IMG/VR virus record: IMGVR_UViG_3300030019_000003
Coordinates: 62,001-126,000 of that record
Reading direction: 5' to 3' (one strand)
Length of the DNA: 64,000 nt
This document shows, piece after piece, positions 20,430-29,843 of the stretch. The notes beneath the pieces are model-generated. The model was not told the DNA's origin. It worked only from the letters and a program-made list of their open reading frames with translations, and did no database searches. The translations under genes were made by a program, and so were the position numbers. Position 1 is the first letter of the stretch; every line of letters starts with the position of its first letter.

Positions 20430-21784
20430 TGGCTTTATTTACACTATTAACAGGTAATATTATTGATGTTAACAATAATCCTGTATCTAAATTTAGATAC
20501 AGGGGGTACCATAAAGAAACTAAGACATGGTCTGGATGGTATAGTAACAATAACGAAACACAGTATAACTTCAATATGGGCGATGCCGCGTGGTTAACAC
20601 CTGCCGGTACCGTTAATAGTGGAGACACTGTTTATATTGTTGTTGAAACTTTAGAAGATACTGTAACTGCTAGAGCTTTTGCTATGATAAGTTTAACATT
20701 AACAAATGAAACTAGCTATGTTAATGATATTCAATTACTAAAATGTATCAAACCTAACGTTATTGGACTATGGTCATTACAGTCACCTACAGATGGTATT
20801 ACACTTGTAACCGATGATTCACACCCTGGATGGAAAATCTATACAGGTCGTGTCGGCGAGAGTATTGATGTAGTTGAAACTTTTAACGATAACAGCACGT
20901 GGAAGTATAACAATGTAGTACACTATCATACATTAGTTCATGATGGTGTTGATATTTTTTCAGATAGACTTGGTGTTGCTAGGACAATGTATGATTGGGG
21001 CGATAGTTCTTTTGTTACTTCTAATACAAATGTGTTTGCTTATGTTAGTAATGGAGCTGATAATGGCTACTATACTATCAACGCTAGGATTACAAACTTA
21101 GCCGGATTAACAACTACAGATACTGTTTATATTAAGGTTAAAAATAATGTTCCTGTACTAGTTTACACATGGGAACCTGTTAATCCTACTATAAAAGATA
21201 CTTTCATTATTACAGGTACTATAAAAGATATTAACAGTTCTATTATTACCGCTAAACATTATTTTGATAATGTTCTTATCGTTAGTAATAAGAAACTTTC
21301 TCAGAACTGGGAACAATCTTTAGGTGTTAAATATGTGAAAGAGCATATAATCAAAGGTGTTGTAAGTTGGTCAGATGGTTTTGCAGCACAATCTTTTGAG
21401 GTACTTGCTACGATAACAACCTTAAATATTCCTCCTAAATTTACAGTAAGCGAAGCACCTTCTGATACAGTAGGCTCTATACGTTTAACGTGTAATGATT
21501 TAGAAGATGTTGATGGTGTTACCAGTAACATACGAGTGCGTTGGGAATTATATTTTAAGACACCTGTTGATAATGATTATAAGAAGATCTTTGAAACAGC
21601 TTATCCTACAAGTACTAATAAGCGTTATATCGATATAGCAGTTGATACTGCTGGTTCGTATAAAGGTATTTGTTATGCTATTGATGAAGCAGGTGGAGAA
21701 ACGAATAATTATGTTGAATTTGTTATAACGGCTGTGGTAAGTGACGCTGATAGCGAAGCTTGTAACAAGATAGAGTGGGAGTAG
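20429..21784 (+). CDS. PKD/Ig-like domain virion protein
   Basis: YDWGD, GYYTINARITNLAG, DVDG...WE, GSYKGICYAIDEAG are PKD-like motifs. Confidence 0.6.
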   Translation: MALFTLLTGNIIDVNNNPVSKFRYRGYHKETKTWSGWYSNNNETQYNFNMGDAAWLTPAGTVNSGDTVYIVVETLEDTVTARAFAMISLTLTNETSYVNDIQLLKCIKPNVIGLWSLQSPTDGITLVTDDSHPGWKIYTGRVGESIDVVETFNDNSTWKYNNVVHYHTLVHDGVDIFSDRLGVARTMYDWGDSSFVTSNTNVFAYVSNGADNGYYTINARITNLAGLTTTDTVYIKVKNNVPVLVYTWEPVNPTIKDTFIITGTIKDINSSIITAKHYFDNVLIVSNKKLSQNWEQSLGVKYVKEHIIKGVVSWSDGFAAQSFEVLATITTLNIPPKFTVSEAPSDTVGSIRLTCNDLEDVDGVTSNIRVRWELYFKTPVDNDYKKIFETAYPTSTNKRYIDIAVDTAGSYKGICYAIDEAGGETNNYVEFVITAVVSDADSEACNKIEWE

Positions 21785-21788
21785 ATAG

Positions 21789-22163
21789 ATGAGATATATT
21801 AAAGGTGAAAAAGCTATACTTGTAGGTATTTTTAGTAAACCAGGATTAACAGTCACTATGAAAATGATCGTATTAGAAGGTGATAATCTTGTTGAGCTAA
21901 CCAGCAATATATGTGTTGAGAGTGAACATATGCCGGGTGTCTATATGTTTAGTACAGAAAACATTAAAGATGATTCTATCGTAACTGACTGCAATATACT
22001 AGCTGAGATGACAAATACGGCAGATGAGACGATGAAGCGGTACGGTAAGATATCCTTTGGTGGTGGCTTTAATAATGATACTGTCGTTGATCTTACAGAG
22101 ATAAAAACACTCCTTATGACTTTAACAAGTGACATAGAAGAGTTGATCGCGGAGGTATCATAA
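21789..22163 (+). CDS. Hypothetical protein (Ig-like plus C-terminal helix)
   Basis: 124-aa ORF in the operon; PGVY motif as in 18147. Confidence 0.5.
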   Translation: MRYIKGEKAILVGIFSKPGLTVTMKMIVLEGDNLVELTSNICVESEHMPGVYMFSTENIKDDSIVTDCNILAEMTNTADETMKRYGKISFGGGFNNDTVVDLTEIKTLLMTLTSDIEELIAEVS

Positions 22164-23042
22164 ATGGCTGCTCGTATTGAGATACTAGATCTTAAACTAG
22201 AAGACCAGGTTGATCATATTTGGACAGATTGGGAGATAAGTACAACCTTAGCTTTTAATGCCGTTGTTGCCAGATCAACTATGGACAAAGTGAATAAAAC
22301 AGACATTATGTTTCAGCAGGTATTTAACCCTAATGTTAAGTACTATGCCAGAGCAAGAGCATTATTAAGTACAGGTTATACAATATGGGGTAACATTGAT
22401 GTTACAAGACCAAAACGTGTTAACGATATTGGTGACAATGATGATATCCCTAGCAGGATAAGTATCCCTGTTATTACTACGGATAGTAACGATCTTGAAC
22501 ACGATATTACCTTATTTAAAATAAGTGTAACTGGGTTCAGTGCACTGGGTACAGCTAACCATTCTGCTACATCTTGGTTTATAGAAACACTAGAGGGTGT
22601 TCCTATTTGGAGTAGAGTATTTGAAGAAGTCGATATGTTGAATATACTGGTTGATGATGTTATCCTTGAAAGTAATACAGCTTATCGTATTAAAGCTATG
22701 TTTCATAGTAGTTCTAATGATGCATCACAAATGGTTAGTAAAACAATCAGAACTTCTGATAGTAGTACTATAGAGTTAGCAACTTATCTTGATGATATTG
22801 ATATTACAACAAGTGTGTCTTTAGAGATCAATTCTGTTGATAACGCTACAGGTTATACGTATGAGTTACTAGAACTAGATCGTGGTCTAGTGACACAATT
22901 ATGGAGCGCTAGTAGTACTGAGACGACAGCTATTATACCTGCTAACATTATGATTAACGCAAGTGTTTATATTCTGCGTATTAAAGATAATTATACTAAT
23001 GTGTGGAAATACTTTACCTTTACAACTCAACCTCTACAGTAG
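22164..23042 (+). CDS. Fn3-like repeat virion protein
   Basis: DHIWTDWEISTTLAF, YYARAR and HSATSWFI match the Fn3-like module of the fibre proteins. Confidence 0.65.
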   Translation: MAARIEILDLKLEDQVDHIWTDWEISTTLAFNAVVARSTMDKVNKTDIMFQQVFNPNVKYYARARALLSTGYTIWGNIDVTRPKRVNDIGDNDDIPSRISIPVITTDSNDLEHDITLFKISVTGFSALGTANHSATSWFIETLEGVPIWSRVFEEVDMLNILVDDVILESNTAYRIKAMFHSSSNDASQMVSKTIRTSDSSTIELATYLDDIDITTSVSLEINSVDNATGYTYELLELDRGLVTQLWSASSTETTAIIPANIMINASVYILRIKDNYTNVWKYFTFTTQPLQ

Positions 23043-23083
23043 ACCCTAGGGTCTACTGTAGAGTAGTGAGTCTCCATTTTTTT
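23032..23083 (+). terminator. Perfect 32-bp palindrome plus T-tract ending the structural module
   Basis: CTCTACAGTAGACCCT|AGGGTCTACTGTAGAG, T7 about 13 nt later. Confidence 0.75.
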
Positions 23084-23088
23084 ATAAA

Positions 23089-23098
23089 GATACATTAT
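23089..23098 (+). promoter_or_regulatory. Putative phage early promoter motif
   Basis: GATACATTAT, a variant of the recurrent (G/A)ATATATTAT found just after terminators. Confidence 0.5.
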
Positions 23099-23113
23099 AA
23101 AGGTAGATTAAAA

Positions 23114-23149
23114 TACAAGATCAACTACAGCAATGTAGTTGATCTTGTA
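23114..23149 (+). other. 16-bp perfect hairpin with GCAA tetraloop
   Basis: TACAAGATCAACTACA-GCAA-TGTAGTTGATCTTGTA. Confidence 0.8.
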
Positions 23150-23227
23150 CGATTACGGAAATGATTATAGTGGTGAAAAGCAGTGGGACACATCATTATC
23201 CCACTGCACTAACCGAAAGGAAATATA

Positions 23228-23815
23228 ATGAAAGAAGCTTCTTTCATTAAATATATCACTACTCCTAGTAGAGAAAAAATGGTACTTGCCTATATTGGGT
23301 TCTTTGCAATAGTTGTATTAATACTGTCTACTATAGCAGTGTTAATATGGGTTATCCTTATGTTAAATAATATTATTATCATAGACGAAAAAGAACGTTT
23401 TATGGTATTAACACTAGGATACGGTAGTATAGTTATTATAGCTCTAGGTCTGTATAACAGAGCGGTGTTAGCACCGCCTAAATTAGATCAAAGAGAATGC
23501 TTGGTTAAAGCCTATCGTATGTACGGATTGGACCAAATAAATGAAAACGACCTTATGGCTATTAAAAAGTCATATCTAAATAGAAAAAATATTAGAGCTA
23601 TTATGAAAATGGATATACCATTTATAATAGTATGGCTGGCATTGAATGCCCCAATTGTTTTTGTACCAGTTTTTCATTGGCCACTAACGTTAGTTGTAGT
23701 TTCTCTTTACAGCTCTTATATACTGTCTGTAATAACAAAGTATGAACAAACTGAGGATACACTAACAATGATTTTAAATATACACAAAAAAAGGATACAT
23801 AATGTTTTTAATTAA
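23228..23815 (+). CDS. Hypothetical membrane protein (about 4 TM)
   Basis: Four hydrophobic segments; AAGGA SD. Confidence 0.65.
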   Translation: MKEASFIKYITTPSREKMVLAYIGFFAIVVLILSTIAVLIWVILMLNNIIIIDEKERFMVLTLGYGSIVIIALGLYNRAVLAPPKLDQRECLVKAYRMYGLDQINENDLMAIKKSYLNRKNIRAIMKMDIPFIIVWLALNAPIVFVPVFHWPLTLVVVSLYSSYILSVITKYEQTEDTLTMILNIHKKRIHNVFN

Positions 23816-24233
23816 AATAGTAAATGGGAAAGAAAATAAATTAATCAAATCAGGTGAATCTTATACTTCAGTAATACAAAACCAAGGTTTTGATGTTATT
23901 GTAAGTTTTGGGGATTTTAACAACGTAGAAATACTTACTGATGTTAAACAAGTATGCGCTGGTTATACACATTGTGTTGCCGTAACAACAGATAATAAAC
24001 TCTATGGTATCGGTAACAATGTGAGAGGACAACTAGGTCTAAAAGAAACACAGAATGCCAAAGGTTGGTGTTTCTTAATGGATAACGTAGCAAGTGTTCA
24101 TACTGGGTTAACAAATACGATTGTTAAGAATTCTGAAGGTTATACCTACGCTACCGGTGACTTTAGAAAATCTGATCCAGTGCTCGGTGTGTTGAAAGAG
24201 TTTAAAATGATTTTACAAGATAAAATAGCTTAA
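23802..24233 (+). CDS. Small stand-alone RCC1-repeat protein
   Basis: VKQVCAGYTHCV...GNNVRGQLG; about 2 RCC1 blades. Confidence 0.7.
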   Translation: MFLIKIVNGKENKLIKSGESYTSVIQNQGFDVIVSFGDFNNVEILTDVKQVCAGYTHCVAVTTDNKLYGIGNNVRGQLGLKETQNAKGWCFLMDNVASVHTGLTNTIVKNSEGYTYATGDFRKSDPVLGVLKEFKMILQDKIA

Positions 24234-24246
24234 AGGTAGGAATATA

Positions 24247-24750
24247 ATGGTATATGGCAAAAGTGATAACATTCTAATGATTAAAGATATTGTTGCGGCT
24301 GGAGATGACCATGTCGCAGTTCTAAAAAATTGGATGGATGCTACGGCATTAACAATTCTGAATAAATGTAATGAAGAGTGCGGTGTGGAATTACCATATA
24401 ACCATCGACATGATGATGTCGATCTGGATACCGATATTTGTATAGAAATAACTACTGAAACTAGTTATCATATGATAACTAGTGAGTCAGGTGAGCAAGA
24501 AATAATCGCAGCTCTTGGTGGTTTCGGAGTCTATATCAAAAGTAAAGAAAGTACCAATATTCATCACGTTCACATTCCAGAACAATTTCCATTACCTGAG
24601 GTAATGATAAAACTCTGTGAAGAAATTAATATTATCTTAATGAAAACTCTTACTGGTGATTCAGATTCAAGACTTTTAGCTAATGTTGGATTAGCTACTA
24701 TTGAATTAATGGAAATGATCTCTAAGTGCGTGGCGAGGTTAAAAAAATAA
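24247..24750 (+). CDS. Hypothetical protein
   Basis: 167-aa ORF with AGGA SD. Confidence 0.6.
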   Translation: MVYGKSDNILMIKDIVAAGDDHVAVLKNWMDATALTILNKCNEECGVELPYNHRHDDVDLDTDICIEITTETSYHMITSESGEQEIIAALGGFGVYIKSKESTNIHHVHIPEQFPLPEVMIKLCEEINIILMKTLTGDSDSRLLANVGLATIELMEMISKCVARLKK

Positions 24751-24767
24751 ATAGGAAAGGAATAAAG

Positions 24768-25271
24768 ATGACGACCTCTAATTATAAGGTGGCTAAAAAT
24801 ACAGTAGAGTACTATAAAAGTCTAGGTGAACAACCTATCACTTTACCGGCAGATATCTTAGCTAATCTTCTTGAAAAGAATTTAGATATGCTTATCGAGC
24901 TTGAGATGACAAGAGAGCATTCTTCAAAAGTAGTTGTAGATTCATTAGCAAAAGGACTTGCTAAGAGTGGTGTTCGTATTGTTACACCAGAGGAACTAAA
25001 AGATGATTTAACTATCACAGGTAATATTATTACAGATGCTGGTGAGATTCGTTCTTTAGTAATATCTAAAGAACGCTATCGTAGCAAGTCTGAAGACACC
25101 TTAAAGGAACTTAACCGTCACAAAGATAAGATTGTAGATTTGAATCGTAGAATTGATTCTATGCTCATTAAGGTACCTTTAAAGACGTCGTCGTCTGGTA
25201 CAGAAACAGCAGCCTTTGCAATAGCAGTCTTTACAGATATCGTTGGAAATACTTTAGACAAACACGCATAA
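24768..25271 (+). CDS. Hypothetical coiled-coil protein
   Basis: ATG 24768 after AAAGGA SD; heptads near the C-terminus. Confidence 0.6.
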   Translation: MTTSNYKVAKNTVEYYKSLGEQPITLPADILANLLEKNLDMLIELEMTREHSSKVVVDSLAKGLAKSGVRIVTPEELKDDLTITGNIITDAGEIRSLVISKERYRSKSEDTLKELNRHKDKIVDLNRRIDSMLIKVPLKTSSSGTETAAFAIAVFTDIVGNTLDKHA

Positions 25272-25315
25272 CAAGAGATAGCCTAGGCTATCTCTTGTTA
25301 CTTTGTTATTTTTTT
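25269..25315. terminator. Perfect 32-bp palindrome between convergent genes
   Basis: TAACAAGAGATAGCCT|AGGCTATCTCTTGTTA then T-tract. Confidence 0.75.
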
Positions 25316-25316
25316 C

Positions 25317-26123
25317 TTAGAGAGGTAAATGCTTATAAGTCTGCCCTGTGACACAACGATTAATCGTACTAGTAGAGACATTAAAGTCTTTTGATATTAT
25401 TGTATCTCTTTCACCTGCTTTTGATCGTGATCTGATAACCGCAACATCTTCATCTGAAAGTACTTTCTGATTTTTAATATTACCGGCTTTAACTGCTTTT
25501 TCAGCTTTAATCTGAGTTATAGTAGCTTTAGCTTCTTCTAAAGCAGTTTTAAATTTATCTGCTTTTAAAATAGCATCACCTGCTGTTTTTGATAAACTTG
25601 CTTTTTCAGATTCAAGTCGTTTACGCATACTGTCCATAGCTTTTTCTAACTCATTGGTATCTTTAGTATGCCCTGCTATAAGTTTATGCATTTTTATATC
25701 TGCACATCTTACATGCTCAGTATGCTCTATCTTAAGAGCATCATAAGCTATTGCTAATGCTTCTTTCTCTTCAAGGAGTTGTTTATACCCGTGGTCTTTG
25801 GTACAGTCAGAAACATTAATAAGAAAAGTAATAAAATGTTCTGTCTTTTGAAAAGGTAAGTTTTTTAAAGCTTTTACAGCTGTGCTAATATTAGTAGTAA
25901 TTGTTTTACTAACATCATAAGTGAAAGCCTTAATAAATTTATCAACCATAGAACCACACTCGGCCATGTCGTGCTCAAAATGTTTATTCTTTTCAACAGC
26001 CCCATCAAAAGCATGTTTATGCTGTTCTGCTGTCATTCCCGATTTCAACATTCCTTTACCATAAATAAACCAGGCGAATAATTCGCTAACGTAACTACCT
26101 GTAGACTTAACAAAACCACGCAT
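25317..26123 (-). CDS. Coiled-coil protein with C-terminal HTH (homing-endonuclease-associated type)
   Basis: AAGGAG SD on the minus strand; KVLSDEDVAVIR...ISKDFNVSTSTINRCVTGQTYKHL matches the KLTxxxVxxIR...FxVSxxTIxxI..G.TW.HL HTH; only convincing minus-strand gene. Confidence 0.7.
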   Translation of the reverse strand: MRGFVKSTGSYVSELFAWFIYGKGMLKSGMTAEQHKHAFDGAVEKNKHFEHDMAECGSMVDKFIKAFTYDVSKTITTNISTAVKALKNLPFQKTEHFITFLINVSDCTKDHGYKQLLEEKEALAIAYDALKIEHTEHVRCADIKMHKLIAGHTKDTNELEKAMDSMRKRLESEKASLSKTAGDAILKADKFKTALEEAKATITQIKAEKAVKAGNIKNQKVLSDEDVAVIRSRSKAGERDTIISKDFNVSTSTINRCVTGQTYKHLPL

Positions 26124-26184
26124 AAACGCTCCTTATTGAGTAAGTATATCAATTAACTAGTATTAGTTTTGAAATACTTATAAA

Positions 26185-26194
26185 GATATATTAT
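26185..26194 (+). promoter_or_regulatory. Putative phage early promoter motif
   Basis: GATATATTAT upstream of an operon start. Confidence 0.6.
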
Positions 26195-26241
26195 AAAAGT
26201 AATAACAAGAGATTGTTATAATAAAATCTAAGGGAGATCCC

Positions 26242-26520
26242 GTGAAAAAGAAAATTGCTGCTGTCGTTAGCAGAAAGTTAGGTAAAAAAGAACCAGTCGT
26301 TATGATGGTTTTAGAATCAGATGACAGAGAAACCCCGCCATTTTCAGCAAGGAAGGCATTGATGATGGGTTGTAAGATGCGAATAGTGGAGTACTGTAAC
26401 ACGTTTCCAGAATTTAAGAAAGCGTCCTGGATTATTGCGTATGTGAAAGTAAATGAAACAAGCGCCTTTGAGACAAGCGAGACGTTGTCTTATTCAGACT
26501 GTTTAAAGGTGGAGGGGTAA
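26242..26520 (+). CDS. Hypothetical protein
   Basis: GTG start after AAGGGAG. Confidence 0.55.
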   Translation: MKKKIAAVVSRKLGKKEPVVMMVLESDDRETPPFSARKALMMGCKMRIVEYCNTFPEFKKASWIIAYVKVNETSAFETSETLSYSDCLKVEG

Positions 26521-26560
26521 AACCCTCCTTAGTTTATAATAAGATACGAGAGCAATTGAA

Positions 26561-26809
26561 ATGAGTAATATGCACACTTTTTGGGATAGATGGGATAAAT
26601 ATCGTAAAGGTGAGATTACTATGGTAGATCTCTATGGAGCGGGTGATTTAATTAGGGAATACAGACAAAGGCAACGACTACTAAATCAAAAACACCCACG
26701 ATATAGTTTTAGGCTGCGTAAGACTAAAATATTTTATAACGATAAAGTGTATGAAATGTTGACTAGAAAAGAGTTACGGTTAGTGGTCAGAGCAGGTATT
26801 AAAAAATAA
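26561..26809 (+). CDS. Hypothetical basic protein (C-terminus paralogous to 26823)
   Basis: YNDKVYEMLTRKELRLVVR. Confidence 0.55.
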   Translation: MSNMHTFWDRWDKYRKGEITMVDLYGAGDLIREYRQRQRLLNQKHPRYSFRLRKTKIFYNDKVYEMLTRKELRLVVRAGIKK

Positions 26810-26822
26810 AGGGGGTTGTGTT

Positions 26823-27071
26823 ATGAGTGATATAAAAAATGGTACTAGTAATATTAAAAAAGCCCTGTATATTTATGGTGGATATTATAGTTTATCAAAC
26901 ACGGTTAGGCGTGAGGTAGGTATTGGTGATTTTGACGGAGATAGTGTATCCTACGGTTTTATCACCGGAAAGAAAATCGTAAGATTTAATAATGTAAGAT
27001 ATACCTTGCTCTCTAAAAGAGAATTAAAAATGTCTGTTAGAAAACAAGTTAAAATCAAAAGAAAAGGATAG
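26823..27071 (+). CDS. Hypothetical basic protein containing a DFDGD motif
   Basis: FNNVRYTLLSKRELKMSVR paralogous to 26561; GDFDGD in the middle. Confidence 0.55.
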   Translation: MSDIKNGTSNIKKALYIYGGYYSLSNTVRREVGIGDFDGDSVSYGFITGKKIVRFNNVRYTLLSKRELKMSVRKQVKIKRKG

Positions 27072-27074
27072 TAA

Positions 27075-27302
27075 ATGGAAACAATAGGAATGATATGTAC
27101 AGGATGGTTATTGATCATGGACATATACACGGGTAGACCAACATCTAAAACGGATACACAAATTTCCACAATTGCAGTATGCGTGCCTAGCGAGATAGCT
27201 TGTAGAAGAGCAGGCGCTGAACGTGAAGTTACATTAAGAAATGAATTCGGCTTCTTTCCAAAACAATACGCGTTTACATGCACGGATATGTCCAAAAAAT
27301 AA
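27075..27302 (+). CDS. Hypothetical protein
   Basis: 75-aa ORF, AAAGGA SD. Confidence 0.5.
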   Translation: METIGMICTGWLLIMDIYTGRPTSKTDTQISTIAVCVPSEIACRRAGAEREVTLRNEFGFFPKQYAFTCTDMSKK

Positions 27303-27323
27303 TAAGTACTAAAAAGGAGTCTT

Positions 27324-27545
27324 ATGAATCCGCTACTATTAAATAGTTTATGTATCGCAATGCTGCTAGTGGTTATGGTAGCTTTGGCTACTATAATCTA
27401 TGATAGGTATAAAACTGGTAAGCAAGAAGGTATCGGTGGCGATATCGAGTACGTTATTAAAAATTTTGCTGTGCTATTGTTTTTGGAGTTTATTATTATG
27501 AATTTGTTAGGGTATAGAATTTATACCTTATGTTTACTTTTATAA
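27324..27545 (+). CDS. Small membrane protein
   Basis: AAGGAG SD; two hydrophobic helices. Confidence 0.55.
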   Translation: MNPLLLNSLCIAMLLVVMVALATIIYDRYKTGKQEGIGGDIEYVIKNFAVLLFLEFIIMNLLGYRIYTLCLLL

Positions 27546-27566
27546 TAAAATATACTGCGCTATTCC

Positions 27567-27623
27567 ACCTGTATCATTCGGTATTATCCGAATGATACAG
27601 GTACGGCGTCTCTTATAATTTTT
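27567..27623 (+). terminator. 15-bp stem-loop
   Basis: ACCTGTATCATTCGG-TATTAT-CCGAATGATACAGGT, distal T-tract. Confidence 0.65.
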
Positions 27624-27660
27624 CTTTAAACACTCCTTCGATGATTGATAATTTTTTAAA

Positions 27661-27670
27661 AATATATTAT
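27661..27670 (+). promoter_or_regulatory. Putative phage early promoter motif
   Basis: AATATATTAT. Confidence 0.55.
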
Positions 27671-27707
27671 TTAAATATGTAGAAATAACTGTTAAAAAGG
27701 AGATATC

Positions 27708-27974
27708 ATGAATATTAGTGTCAGTATGCGGCTAGCCGATGGTAATAATTACATAGTAACTTATACGTCTGGAAATAATGATTACGTCGCTGTTAGTAGA
27801 ACGGATACTAATGAAAGAATCTTAGTTATCTTATTAGAAGTCAATAGTACCATAGTTGCTGAGCATTTTGATTCTACTAATGTAAGTGAGGATCTTATGG
27901 TAACCTTACATAATCTACAAACTAATATTGAGTATTTTAATGCTAAAATACGTGAATACAATACTAGCAAGTAG
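27708..27974 (+). CDS. Hypothetical protein
   Basis: AAGGAG SD, 88 aa. Confidence 0.6.
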   Translation: MNISVSMRLADGNNYIVTYTSGNNDYVAVSRTDTNERILVILLEVNSTIVAEHFDSTNVSEDLMVTLHNLQTNIEYFNAKIREYNTSK

Positions 27975-28022
27975 AACTACGAGATAATAATAATAATAAT
28001 AATAAACCCAAAGGAAGTAAGT

Positions 28023-29843
28023 ATGTCATCACCATTTGACGTAGAGTCATTCATGTCTTCGCACAATATTCAAAAGACTGTCCCTGAAATTGTTAACAAT
28101 CTTAATACTACTTTTACTATTAAGATTGGTAAATCAGGTATACCTACTTTAATTTACAAAGTAGTTAAGCAACCTAAAGGTAATAAATATTACTTAGAGC
28201 CTACCTTACCAAGATGGTCACTACCGCATAAAATCTATGGGGATCTTCGTGATAAAGCAGTTATCATTTGGAATAACTATGCCAAGTTATATAATAAAGG
28301 TGGTGGCTCTAGTGGGGCTATGCTAACAGGAGATTCTGGTGCTGGTAAAGCACTACATGGTGATACACTTGTTAGGGTAACGAATGGTTGGAAACCTATT
28401 AAAGATATCAAAATTAATGATAAAGTAATTGGAAAAAATGGGTTACCTGCTAAAGTAGTCGGCGTATTTCCACAAGGAAAAGTTCCATTATACAGAATAA
28501 CCTTTGAAGATGGTAGATCAACTAGGCCCTGTGGTGATCATCTATGGGAGATTATTCAAGATGGTGTAAAGGATGTGTATAATACTAAAGAACTTATTCT
28601 AAGAATGGATAAGCATCCTGACAGTATCTTTAGTATACCGCTTTGCGATGCTGTTTTAAATACACCTTTTACGATACCTTATGAGCCAGATGATTATACT
28701 AAACGTGTTAACAATTATCTGGAAGAGCGTATTCGCAAGTGTTATTTAGACAACACTGCTGATGTTAGAGAGAAGCTTCTACGATGTCTTTTAAAAGATA
28801 GTGTAAGTGAAGAAAAACCTTTCTTTCATTATGAATGTACAAATGAATTCATCGTTAAAGATATTGTTATGTTGGCACGTTCGTTAGGGTATATTGCTAA
28901 AGAGTATGCTACTACGGACACGAAGTCAATACCGCTGTTTGGTGTACGTGTTGAAGGTGAGAAACGAACATTACAAATATCATGTATTGAACCTATTGAA
29001 GCAGCTGAGGCTTATTGTATCTCTGTTAATAATGCCGATCATCTTTATGTTGTTGAAGATTATATTGTTACGCATAATACAGAAACATGTAAGATACTCT
29101 GCAATATTGCTATTGATAACAATATGCCTGTGATCGAGGTTAGTAACCTTGAAGCAACGATGGAGCTAGTTCAATTCTTAAGCGGACTAAATGATGTTGT
29201 AATATTCCTAGATGAATTTGTAAAGAACTTTGCATCATTACAGGATACGATGTTAACAGCTCTGAGTGATCTTTATAAAACGAATAAGTTGTTTATCATT
29301 ACAGAGAATGACTCAAGGCGTATTAATCAATATATCTTAAATAGTCCTAGTCGTATAAAACATCATTATCGTTTTAAACGTATTGGTAAAGATGTTCTAG
29401 AAGAATACAGTACAGATATGAAAGTAAGAGAAGATTTCTTAAAAGATCTTCTCTTAAAATATGATAGGTCGCCTGTTTTCTCGTTTAACCATTTACGTGC
29501 TATTGTAGAAGAACATGTTGAGTACCCTAATGATAGTCTTGATGATCTTATAGGAAGACTAAATGTATCCGTGCTTGACAATACTACAGCATTAAAAGTA
29601 ACCAAGGTATATGACACTGTTGCAAAAGAAGAATTAAAGTTTGACAGCTGTATTATAGATATACCTTATTTTAATAAAGGTTACTCTCAAGCTATAAAAG
29701 TAGCAAACAATGTTTATAAGTTTAGTAAAAATGACATCATAACAACGTATGATGATGGTGATAGAATTCTTTTAGGTATTGAGAATTTGGTTATCACACT
29801 TGATCTAATTAAAGAAACGGGGGGATCGACATCACGATGGTAG
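28023..29843 (+). CDS. AAA+ ATPase containing an intein in the Walker A motif
   Basis: Spliced Walker A GDSGAGK|T, Walker B VIFLDE, sensor ITEN, SPSR arginine finger. Confidence 0.85.
   Translation: MSSPFDVESFMSSHNIQKTVPEIVNNLNTTFTIKIGKSGIPTLIYKVVKQPKGNKYYLEPTLPRWSLPHKIYGDLRDKAVIIWNNYAKLYNKGGGSSGAMLTGDSGAGKALHGDTLVRVTNGWKPIKDIKINDKVIGKNGLPAKVVGVFPQGKVPLYRITFEDGRSTRPCGDHLWEIIQDGVKDVYNTKELILRMDKHPDSIFSIPLCDAVLNTPFTIPYEPDDYTKRVNNYLEERIRKCYLDNTADVREKLLRCLLKDSVSEEKPFFHYECTNEFIVKDIVMLARSLGYIAKEYATTDTKSIPLFGVRVEGEKRTLQISCIEPIEAAEAYCISVNNADHLYVVEDYIVTHNTETCKILCNIAIDNNMPVIEVSNLEATMELVQFLSGLNDVVIFLDEFVKNFASLQDTMLTALSDLYKTNKLFIITENDSRRINQYILNSPSRIKHHYRFKRIGKDVLEEYSTDMKVREDFLKDLLLKYDRSPVFSFNHLRAIVEEHVEYPNDSLDDLIGRLNVSVLDNTTALKVTKVYDTVAKEELKFDSCIIDIPYFNKGYSQAIKVANNVYKFSKNDIITTYDDGDRILLGIENLVITLDLIKETGGSTSRW
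28350..29078 (+). mobile_element. Class 3 intein (243 aa, Ala1) with degenerate LAGLIDADG remnant
   Basis: ALHGDTLV block A, CGDHLW block B, YCISV block F, VTHN|T block G; ARSLG block H remnant. Confidence 0.85.

Noticed and set aside
28600-28960. Active homing endonuclease inside the intein
   Set aside because: Region is too short and lacks intact LAGLIDADG motifs
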